Source: the human T2T-CHM13v2.0 reference genome, Homo sapiens
NCBI RefSeq assembly: GCF_009914755.1
Contig: NC_060931.1
Length of the DNA: 64,000 bases
Reading direction: 5' to 3' (one strand)
Below, piece after piece: positions 29,543 to 64,000 of the stretch; within the stretch, counting starts at the first letter, position 1; the number at the start of each line of letters is the position of its first letter. A program made the position numbers and the translations under genes. The notes under the pieces are model-generated. The model was not told the origin of the DNA. It saw only the letters and a program-made list of their open reading frames with translations, and made no database searches.

Positions 29543-30497
29543 AATTTTGGTCTTTCTAACAGTGGAAAATCCATTCCTATATTGGCTCTTCACCTAGTTA
29601 TTTTAGCTGAAGTACATGTTATTTTTAAACCCAGGGACAAAAAAAGCAATGCTGCCTTTGTATTCCAGAATCTATAAAGTTTTATAGTAGTTGTGGACAC
29701 ACTTGTGAATAGAAAGGGTCCCACATTTTGGGGGAGAGCTGTAGTTGAGGCAAAGGTCGGTGCTACTGCAAGGCTTGTGAAGACCTGAATTGTTAAACAG
29801 CCTACAATGTTAAGAGTCATCAGGAGTAATGAACAAATCCATTTTAATTTAAGTTTGGCACTAAGAATTAAAGGGCTTAGGATACCAAGTGAATCTTAAC
29901 AAAGTGAACAGAAAAATTATAAATGGGCCAAGCAGCACTGTTACTAAGAAAAAAAAATAGCAATAGCTTAGTCTATATCTCTATCGATTACTGCCTGGCA
30001 AGGATACTCTGCCAAACTGGTTTTAACCAGAATGAGTTTCATTTCCATCCAGGGAAGGGCATGCATAGTTATGGTTGCACAATACATTCTAGGCTAATGG
30101 TAATATCACTCTTCTACTTGTGCTGAGTCGCATAAAAAGAAGCTTGGTTCTACCGCAAAACCTTAGCGGTACTGGAAAATTAGTGATTAGCTATTCTAAA
30201 TAAAATGTTGGAGAACAGTTCCGCTGGAACCAGCACACACTATTCACCAGATTTCTAGCTGCCCTGTTTACCTCGGCATTTCTACTGCCTCTGTAAAGTT
30301 ACAGATCATAATTATGAATTAAGAATAATTATGAGAAATGAATGATGCAATCTTATGATGGTTTTAACTTCCTTAGCATATGGACTTTTTATAACTCATT
30401 TTCAAAGAATTACCAGTATGGAACTATACATAAATTAACTGTGTACATTTATAATAAAGTATACATTAATTCAATTATGACTAGCCAGATAAGCTGA

Positions 30498-31170
<673 letters not shown>

Positions 31171-31469
31171 TTCTCTATATGAACAAGGACAAATTATTTG
31201 ATATTTTAGTGCTTTGTTTTTCTCAGCTAAAAGTGTAACATTTATGATAAATAAGCATTAAAAGTGGTTTAAGAATCTCTAAGTAAATATGCAGTTCTGT
31301 GGCTTGTAACGTATGTATCCTTGAAATTTTATATATTATTTTATTCTATACTATCTCATACAAATTAACCGAGTGACATCACAAATGTTCAAACCAATCA
31401 AGGTACATGCTAATGTCATGTAGCAAAAATAGCTGTAATGAGGGTTAACTGAGGATATGTCAAGATCGA

Positions 31470-37936
<6,467 letters not shown>

Positions 37937-38399
37937 TAACCACCACCGCATTTCCAGCACCAAGAACACTGCCTGGATCATCTGATTAATGCCTCACAGT
38001 GTTCTCAGCAGCAGCAGGTTCTGACACCTGTATTTCATAAGAGATGCCTGCACCCACGGACGAACCAGCTGCAGGCTGTACCCTCAGCTCCACCAGCTCA
38101 TCTGAACACATCGCTACAGACACAAAGGCCCCGTGGGTCAATCAGCCTCGAAAATTGAGCATTAGGTAATGGTGCCACTGCTTGCCACTTCCCTAGCTCA
38201 AGGCGATAACTCCAACCAAGGTTCACAAAAGCTGCCAGGCTCGGCCTTCTACCTACCAAGTCCTAACAGGCTTACAAATCTGCAAATACCAGGGCTGTCT
38301 GTGAATTTTGCTTCCCAATCCTATGTTTTTCTAAGCTGTCATTTAAATTCCCTGTGAAATACAAGGCATTAATGTGGCCTCTTAAAAAAAATCTTGTTT

Positions 38400-38815
38400 A
38401 GAGACAACCCACATGTCCATCAACTGGTGAATGAACAAAACGTGGTATATCCATTTAATAGAATATTATTCAGCCATAGAAAAGGAATAAAATATTAAGA
38501 CACTCTACAACATAGATAAAACCCATTACGCTAAGAAGCCAGTCACAAAAGACCAAATACTGTATGACTCTATTTACAAAAAGTACAGAAAAGACAAATC
38601 TGTAGAGACAGAAAATCTATTAGTGGTTGCCTGGAGCTGGAAGCGAGAATGAGTAATGATAGCAAATGGGGATGAAGGATCTTTTTGAGGTGACAGAAGT
38701 GTTATAAATTTAAATTGTGGTGACGGCTGCACAACTTTATAAATTTACTAACAACCATTAAATTGTACGCTTAAAATGCGTGAATTTTATAACGTATAAA
38801 TTACACCTCAAAAAT
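38400..38815 (+). mobile_element. L1M (L1MB/ME-like) 3' end
   Basis: ACAACCCACATGTCCATCAACTGGTGAATG...GAATATTATTCAGCCATAGAAAAGGAA...AAATTGTAC. Confidence 0.8.
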
Positions 38816-38817
38816 GC

Positions 38818-39472
38818 TTTTTTTTTTTTTTTGAGATAGGGACTCTCACTCTGTCACCCAGGCTGGAGTGCAGTGGTGTGATCAGACCTCATGGTAATCT
38901 CAAACTCTCAGACTCAAGCGATCCTTCTGCCTCAGCCTCCCATGTAGCAGGGACTTTAGGTACGCACCAACACACCCACCTAATTTTTAAATTTTTTCTA
39001 GAGATGGGCTCTTGCCATGTTGCCCAGTGTATCAGTCTGTTTTCATGCTGCTGATAAAGACATACCCAAGACTGGGAAGAAAAAGAGGTTTCACTGGACT
39101 TACGGTTCCACATGGCTGGTCTCAGAATCATGGTGGGAGGCGAAAGGCACTTCTAACATGGCGGCGGGAAGAGAAAATGATAAAGCAGCAAAAGCGGAAA
39201 CCCCTGATAAACCCATCAGATCTTGTGAGACTTATTCACTACCATAAGGACAGTATGGTGGAAACCGCCCCCATGACTCAAATTATCTCCCACCAGGTTC
39301 CTCCCACAACACATGGAAATCATAGGAATACAATTCAAAACGAGATTCGGGTGGGGACACAGAGCCAAACCATATCACCCAGGCTGGTTTCAGACTCTTG
39401 GCCTCAAGCAATCCTCCTACCTCAGCCTCCTAAAAAGTGCTGGGATTACAAGCATAAGCCACCATATCCGGT
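38818..39472 (-). mobile_element. Old Alu (AluJ-like) split by the THE1 LTR
   Basis: Alu sequence ...CCATGTTGCCCAG resumes as GCTGGTTTCAGACTC after the LTR. Confidence 0.85.
39028..39377 (-). mobile_element. THE1 (THE1C/D-like, ERVL-MaLR) solo LTR inserted into an Alu
   Basis: Termini TGATATGGTTTGGCTCTGTGTCCCCACC ... ACTGATACA; 350 bp; 5-bp TSD CCCAG at 39023-39027 and 39378-39382. Confidence 0.92.
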
Positions 39473-39507
39473 CCGTTTTTTTTTTTTTTTAATAAAAAAA
39501 AAAAGGA

Positions 39508-39560
39508 ACCACCACCACCGCCACTACCACCACCACCATCGCCACCACCCAACCACCCAA
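39508..39560 (+). repeat. Imperfect (CAC)n simple repeat
   Basis: CACCACCACCGCCACTACCACCACCACCATCGCCACCACC. Confidence 0.85.
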
Positions 39561-40650
39561 CCCCCGCCCCACCCCTTCTTCCATTACAGGCTGCTAAGGA
39601 TTCAGGGATCTAAATCCCTAATGTTATGGAATGGCCACAAAGATGTGTATGCCTTTGCTCATTCTTTGGTGGTCTCTAACTAGCCTGCCCACAGCACAGC
39701 CCGGCATACTGAGACGCACAGGTCATCCCCCGTCCTTTGGGAACATGGGTCCCAGACAGCTGGACACGCACCACTGGTCTGCAAAGCATTTATGCCTATG
39801 GAGCCGTCCACAGCCATTTCCCCTTCTAGGGTGAAAATCAATTTGACCCATTAGTAGAAAATGATAACCCAGCTGTTTTGAGGCAGATCTCCGGCTGGCG
39901 TAGCAGTTGTTTTTCCAGCTATGATTGGGTAGGGAGTTTGGCAAATGTTTTTCCAGGCAAAAGTCCTTACTGTGTCCTTCTAAAAGGCGGGGTTTCCTAG
40001 GAAATCTTCAGCGCATGGAGAAAACTCTCCGTGAGAATTTCATTATGACATAATCATTGTTTTGCCTTCATTCTTCCTTTCCCATCTTCACCCACAATCT
40101 AGGTTTTGGTTTTTACAGAATTATTGCTACAAAGATTGTCCTTCCAGGTGCAAAGGTCATAGCAGAAAGGAAGCCAAGAGGCCTGCAGGCTTACCAGGCC
40201 CCATCCCTAGCAACGTGGCCTGAGCCTCCACTGGGCATGCAGGTACAGTCTTTGGGCTTAGCCTGTCATAGAAGAATATTCTCAGAGTCCTGGGAGCACC
40301 TATGAGAGCCTGAGCTCTCTAAGGCCAACCAAGCAATTGGGACCAGTGTGATCACTGAAAGACATGCACCGCTGCTTCTTCTGATATATTACTAGACGCA
40401 ATCACGTTGCTGTGACCTTTCATTCAGTTGCTTAAAGAGACAGATTTCTGTGACAAACTCTTGGCTTCCTACTCCCTACTCACTTAGGCAGCAAGAATTA
40501 TTCTGCAGCTAAAGCATAATTAAGCCAAAAAATGGCCCCAATACACTGAGGTAAGAAAGAAGGATGTCCTACAACTGTTCACATCTTCTGGACAAAAGTA
40601 TCAAGCCCGTTAAGAAAATTAAGTCCCAGAGCTACCCCCACCCACATTAG

Positions 40651-51114
<10,464 letters not shown>

Positions 51115-51736
51115 CTACCTAACTGGCTAGAGTTCAGGGAAAGGCGCACTCTCACACCATGCAGACGACAGCATCATTTGGTGCATGCTTTCTGGAGGGC
51201 ATTTTGCAATGTGGAGCAAACAGGCTTTAAAATGTACCTGCCCTTTGACCCAGAGCTCCCTTCTGGGAATGTGGCTTAAGGAAAACATCATGGATCTGCT
51301 TACAGATCTGTGCAAAGCTTTGACTGCAACCATGCCCATGGCTGAGCTGTAATAGCAAAGTACTGGCAATGATCTATGTCCAACCACAGGGGCTGATCAA
51401 TAAATTATGATGAAAAATGGAGTCCTGTGCAGTCATCAAAATGATAGAGCACAGAAAACTGACATGGGGATATGTACGGAAAAGTATCAGAAAAAGCGAC
51501 AGCAATAGTTAGTGTTATCTCTGGTTTGCAGGATTCTGGGCACACTTATTTACACTTCTTGTTCTTTTTGAGACAGATTCTTGCTGCCACCCAGGCTGGA
51601 GTACAGTGGTGCAGTCTCAGCTCACTGCAACCTCCGCCTCCCAACCTCCGCCTCCCAGGTTCAGGCAATTCTCCTGCCTCAGCATCCCGAGTAGCTGGAA
51701 TTACAGGCACCCGCCACCACGCCCAGCTGATTTTTA

Positions 51737-51992
51737 TTTATATATATAGATATATATATGTAATTTTTGTAATTTTTGTGTATATATATACATACACACA
51801 TATATATACATATATACGTGTACATATATATGTACACATATATGTATATATATACACATATATACATATATACGTGTACATATATGTACACATATGTATA
51901 TATACACACATGTGTACATATATATGTACACATATATGTATATATATACACACATATGTGTACATATATGTGTGTGTTTATAGATATATATG
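51737..51992. repeat. Alternating purine-pyrimidine (TA/CA/TG) tract inside the linker of Alu -51565-52128
   Basis: TATATACATACACACATATATACATATATACGTGTAC... for ~250 bp. Confidence 0.92.
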
Positions 51993-52236
51993 TAATTTTT
52001 GTATTTTTGGTAGAGATGGGGTTTCGCCATGTTGGCTAGGCTGGTCTCAAACTCCTGACCTCAGGTGATCCATCCTCCTCGGCCTCCCACAGTGCTGGGA
52101 TTACAGGTGTGAGCCACTGCACCCGGCCATGAAAGGGTTTTATTACATAAGGGATGTTGAAAGCACAGATGAACCCTATTTAAACTGGAGCTCGGAGTGG
52201 GGTGCAAAGTTATGGTTAACTGCATTTTCTTGTTAA

Positions 52237-56421
<4,185 letters not shown>

Positions 56422-59034
56422 CTACTTCCTAAGTCTTTAACAGTTCTAGGAAGGCTGTGGCTGCTCTTAATTAAGGGTTTTTTTGAACTACTTCTTCTAC
56501 CATGAGAGCATATACTCATCAGAAAACCATGCAAAATCACAGCAAGCTTTTGAGGGCAAATTATGGGCATGCTATAAAGTGTGGAGTGGGGAGGGATTTT
56601 TGGCTGAACTCTAATTAGTAACAGCAACATTACTGGACATTTTGGGGCTTATAACATCGTTTATGAAGTAGTAAAATACACACATCCTCCTGGGAGTTAG
56701 CATGGATCTCCCATAATCATTTGCCTACGTATACATTTTAGACATTTCAGCAAATGTGTACACAGCATATATTTAAGGATATTTGATACTGGCTACAGAG
56801 GATCATTCTACTTTATAATTCCTCCTTTTCTCTAAAGTATTCCTTTATTTCATAATTGGAGAAACCTGAGTATTTAAAAACAAAAAACTAAAACCCATAC
56901 TAGCAAGTCATTAAAAAATCATTTGCAGGTGGCTTTTGTAAACACACCTGGTTGTGTTGCATTTCTATTAGTAAAATATGGTAGATGGTTAGGTAATATA
57001 GAGGACATCTCTTCTTAAAAGCACTAGATTCATCAACACTGCCAGATTTTTGCCATATTAAGCTTAAACTGTTTTCAGCTTGAACATCATGGGGCAGGGC
57101 CGGATAGGGGGAAGAACCCAATACAGGGGCGGGAAAAGGTTTTTCAGACTCCTGAATTAAAATTTCACTTTGCACTGCCAAAGCCAAAGCATGGGCTAGC
57201 AGCCTTCACTATTTCATAGATTACATAAACTTGTAGTCTGATGCTGTAAATATCCTACCACCTGGACATTAAAAAAAAAAAAAGGTCCCAAAACACTAAC
57301 AAGGAAATAGTAATTAAAACGAACAAACATTTAGTGAGCTTTCCAGTTTGCTTTCAGACACCTGGCAATGGAAAACTATCAGGTACTGGTCTTTGATCTC
57401 CATTTACAGTGCCTTACGTCTACAAATACGTATAACCAAAATGATGAAATCCACACTTTTTCCCTGCCGTTTCCGTTCTTTGGGTAATAAGACATGCCCA
57501 AGTGGTTGGCATTTGTGACGCTGCAATTCGCCTTGGTACGGTCCCTCTAAGGAGTTATTACTAAAAGTCTACGTCAGGAAGAAGCGGGAGAAAAAAAGCA
57601 GGGTTTAACTCAGAACACCTGACTGCTGGTCTCAAGTTGCAATCGCAGCTCAGACTGGGAAGATACACAGGGCTGTTCTTGGAAGAAGGGCGGAAGGCAG
57701 TGGTGTTCTGTATTTTTGCACCCCAGTGGACATCAGACTCTGCCTCAAATTTGCAATGGCCTGCCTTCCTCAATTACACAGTTTTTCCTTCACTGACAGT
57801 CAACAGAGCAGCCACTACTTACTTTCCAGGTCTGAGTCTGGCAGAAAGAACGTTTTATTTACACACTTGGTCAGTACCCCACACCTCATGCAGCAACGTC
57901 TTCCGGGTCATTTAAATAGTAGCAATCTCAATACAAATGTAGGAATTTCCCAAATTTCGAATTTCTCAAATTTCTAAAGATCGCCCTCTATGAAGGCAAC
58001 ACACGAATAGAAGAGTTTTTGGTCACAGTGACTGAGCATCAAAAACGCTGTGTCAACTGTGTCTACTCTCCCTACCTGTAAGGCATAATTTATATGTGAC
58101 AGTATACACTTTGTGTGTTAAGATAAACGGAACGGATCTCTTGGATTTCAATACATAACAAAAATGTTCATGTTCTTCTCTTACTTTCATTCAACAAAAG
58201 TTAATAGACTCCTCTGATTTTAGGAATTCAGACCTTGAAAACCCAGAAACTAAAATTTTAGGTTTAAAAAAGTCTATCAAAATGACTAAACTTCCTGATT
58301 CAAGCACCAGGGACAGAAAAAAGATAAAACACACCAACCAACCAACCGACCAACCATTTATTTATAACCTTAAACATGCCTATACATGAACTTAGAGAAC
58401 GTTAAAGTTTCAAGGGTTCGAAGCGCCTAGGCTGAATTAAAACAAAAGTTGTTTTGTGTTCTATTAATAGCAGATGATTAACAGATATCTTATTTCACCT
58501 GGAATTCATTTGTAAGTATGTAAACTAAACAGGCCACTAATCCTAAGTCTCTGTCTGTGTCTGGAAAAATTCTCTCCTAATACATGCAAGTTAAGAGACC
58601 GGCTATCAACGCATTCCTTAAGGTTAGGTCAATTTCATTAAAACCTCGGTTGTTCTTTGACTTCAAGAACCTCACCAAATAACCCATATATAAAAGCCAA
58701 GTTCAACTGAAAGGTGGGAGAGGAAGGGTCTAAGGAGGAGGGCGTTTCCCGGGAGAACGCCCAGAGCTCGGCTCACCTGGCGATCCTAATTACAGGGGAG
58801 TTTCACCCCCACATTCTTGGGCGCTTTCTTTTCTTAGAGGAAACTCGAGCTTGTGTCTTTGGTCCCGGAGGGCTTAAGCCCGGCAGCCAGGACAGCACGG
58901 GTCACTGATTCCAAGAAGTTGTGAGGAGGACGTGGGCCCCACCGACGCACAACAGACCCCTCCCCAACTTAAGTGCACTAGTTGTAAAATGTGTAGCTGG
59001 TCAGGGGATGGGGGGTGGTCTCCAGAGCTCTGAG

Positions 59035-59725
59035 GGTCAGGGAAGAGGAGAAGGGACGGGGAGGAGAAGGGACAGGGGAGGCGGAGAAGGGCCAGGAGAG
59101 GAGGGGGAGACACACGGGGAAGGAGGAAGAACCAAGAGGAGGGGGAGGGGGAGGGGGAGGGAGGGAGAGGGGGGAGGGGGGAGGGGGAGGGAGGGAGAGG
59201 GGGGAGGGGGGAGGGGGAGGGGGAGGGAGAGGGGGGATGGGGATGGGGGAGGGGAGGGAGGGGGAGGGGGGAGGGGGAGGGGGAGGGGGAGAGGGGGGAG
59301 GGGAGGGGGAGGGAGATGGACTGGGGAGGAGGGGGATGGACTGGGGAGGAGGTGGATGGACTGGGGAGGAGGGGGATAGACTGGGGAGAAGAAGGGACAG
59401 GGGAGGAGGGGGAGACACACGGGGGAGAAGGAAGAACCAGGAGGAGGGGAGGGACAGTGTCGAGGGGCAGGGGAGGAGGGAGAGTGAACGGGGAGCGGAG
59501 GGGCAGAGGGAGAGGTACAGCGGGGCGGGAAAGAGAGACAGGGAAGAAGCACAGGGAGGAGGGGAGGGAAGGAGGAGGAAAAGTAGGGGGGAGGGGATGG
59601 GGAGGGACTGGGAGGAAGGAGAGGGCCAGGGGAGGAAGAAGAGGGGCTGTGGAGGGCCAGGGGAGGAGTGGGAGAGACCGGGAGAGGTGGAAGGACGCGG
59701 GGGAGGGGAGCTGGAGGGAGGGAAA
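59035..59725 (+). repeat. G/A-rich polypurine low-complexity tract with internal duplications
   Basis: (GGGGGA)n-like arrays; duplicated unit AAGGGACAGGGGAGG...GGGGAGACACACGGGG...GGAAGAACCA. Confidence 0.9.
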
Positions 59726-59805
59726 GTACCTTCCCGCGTAAAGTCCCCTTCTGAACCCCGAGGTGGAAAGCCCTGACCTCCCTGAGCCCCGGGCCCTGGG
59801 CTTAC

Positions 59806-59856
59806 CCGGTAGGTGCTCTCCGTGAGCCGGTTCACCTCCTCGGGCCCCCGGGACAT
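59806..59856 (-). CDS. BAIAP2L1: BAIAP2L1 (IRTKS) coding exon 1, MSRGPEEVNRLTESTYR
   Basis: ATG at 59856-59854 in GCAGCCATGT context; 51 nt; phase-0 donor CGG|GTAAGC; peptide matches the recalled IRTKS N-terminus; lies inside a CpG island. Confidence 0.97.
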
Positions 59857-60095
59857 GGCTGCGGCCGCCGGGCGAGCAAGCGCGGGAGGACGCGGCTGGG
59901 CCTCGTGGCCGCCGGACTCCGGGCAGCGGGAGGGCCGGGGCGCGACTAAGGGGCTCTGGAGGGTCGGCCGCCGCCGCAGCCGTCGGCCCGAGAGTGCCCG
60001 CGCGCGTCTCCGCTGCGAAAATGTCAAAACTTGCGGCAGCGCCGCCCTGGCCTTCTTCGAGGAGCAGAAGAGAAGCGGCCGGACGCCGCCAGAGG
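59857..60095 (-). other. BAIAP2L1: BAIAP2L1 5' UTR part of exon 1 (upstream limit approximate)
   Basis: GC-rich, no upstream ATG, lies between the start codon and the GC-box cluster; the TSS cannot be fixed from sequence. Confidence 0.6.
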
Positions 60096-60773
60096 AAGCT
60101 GGGCGGGCCGGGCGGCCCCACCTGAGGCGGGCGGGGCAGACGGGGGCGGGGCCGCAGGGCCGGAGGGGCGTGGCGTACCCACCTGAGGCGGCCTGGTGAG
60201 CGGGGCCCGGCCGGGGTGGGCGGGGAGGAGGCGGGGCCAGGCAGCTGGAATGGGCGTGGCCAGAGGGAAGCGGGCCCCCCGAGTGGGCGGGGTCACCCCA
60301 CCTGTGGCGGACAGGGCAGCGAGGCCACGGTGCGCCCCCTCGCGGCTCTCCCAGAGCTCCGGCGACGTAGGGCCCGAGACCCTGGAGTGGGGACCGGTGT
60401 GGAGTGGGCTGCTCGCTTTGCTGTTTTGCTAGGGCAAGGGCAGCCTGGGGGTGTTTAGACTGTGGTCCTGGAGCCCTTGTTTGCCTCGCGTGGTGCTGGC
60501 CCCGGGGACCCCGAGGCCCACTTCCTCCATGAGGGCTTCCTTCAAGCCCTGCGTTTTGGGGACCAAGGGAAGGGGCCACATTCCCCAGTTGTATTGATTT
60601 CCCTGATTGATCTCTTCTTGCCCCGCCGCTCACTGACCCCAAAAGTTAGAGGGACCCGTGGGGGCATCGGCCCTCCTAGGTGGAGAAAACGGGCTGGCAC
60701 TTGCAGTTTTGAAAGCTCCTGATATATCAAAAAATTAATAAATGCCAGGGTCTAGTTACCGAAATGTTAGTAC

Positions 60774-63720
<2,947 letters not shown>

Positions 63721-64000
63721 CTGCTGTGCAGGCAGGGAGTCTGCTGGGGGCTGCAGTGTGCAGAATGAACTGGGCTTGAACCATGCCTGTGCAGAAGGTA
63801 GAATTTGAGGACTACAGTGAAAGCCATCCAGGTACAGCCAATCATGCCATAGGTGGACAAGTGGATGTGATCTCAAAAGGCCATTTGTTTTAGACTCTTC
63901 AAGTACATTTGCTGGTTTCATCTAAACTTGAAAATCCACAGTCTGTTATTCTGAGACTTCATGATGCTCAGAGATAAAGAAGGCAAATCAATAGGAAGGG

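Larger units (their letters stand above)
59690..60520. promoter_or_regulatory. CpG island / TATA-less promoter of BAIAP2L1
   Basis: Very high CpG and GC content; multiple GGGCGG/GGGGCGGGG Sp boxes (60100-60295); GGGCGTGGC KLF motifs; three CACCTG E-boxes. Confidence 0.9.

Noticed and set aside
39100-39130. PRDM9 hotspot motif expected in THE1 LTRs (CCTCCC..CCAC)
   Set aside because: That segment is altered in this copy (reads GAGACCAGCCATG)
39012-39683. 223-aa His-rich ORF
   Set aside because: Spans an antisense THE1 LTR, an Alu and a (CAC)n repeat; no coding hallmarks
51472-52068. Tyr/Ile/His-rich ORFs
   Set aside because: Translations of the dinucleotide tract
58874-60642. Long Pro/Ser- or Gly/Glu/Arg-rich ORFs (415, 554, 253 aa and others)
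   Set aside because: By-products of the stop-poor G/C tract and CpG island; only the 17 codons of exon 1 are supported by splice signals and homology

Overview
Primate (almost certainly human) genomic DNA, extremely Alu-dense. It holds the 5' end of BAIAP2L1 (IRTKS, I-BAR/IMD family) on the minus strand: a CpG-island promoter (~59.7-60.5 kb) and coding exon 1 (59806-59856), exon 2 (21083-21158) and exon 3 (13763-13849). The exons have canonical GT-AG sites and splice in frame to [72 protein letters not shown]; I found no further exons, so the gene continues off the left edge. The 38.6-kb intron 1 contains a young full-length processed RPS3A pseudogene (17-bp TSD, one 4-bp frameshift), a 3'-truncated tailless U3 snoRNA retrocopy, a THE1 solo LTR nested in an Alu, an MLT2 LTR, and L1/L2/MIR relics; DNA-transposon relics lie in intron 3. 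Nearly all listed ORFs are Alu or low-complexity artefacts. I see no evidence of a wholly new biological system. The best leads are regulatory or retrotransposition-mechanism hypotheses: a possible THE1 alternative promoter, a gene-trap-like RPS3A retrocopy, a tailless Alu with ~117-bp flanking duplications, reuse of L1 endonuclease sites, a nested GATA/E-box palindrome array, and a triplicated E-box module in the promoter. Gene names and repeat subfamilies are from recalled sequences, not searches; repeat boundaries are approximate.
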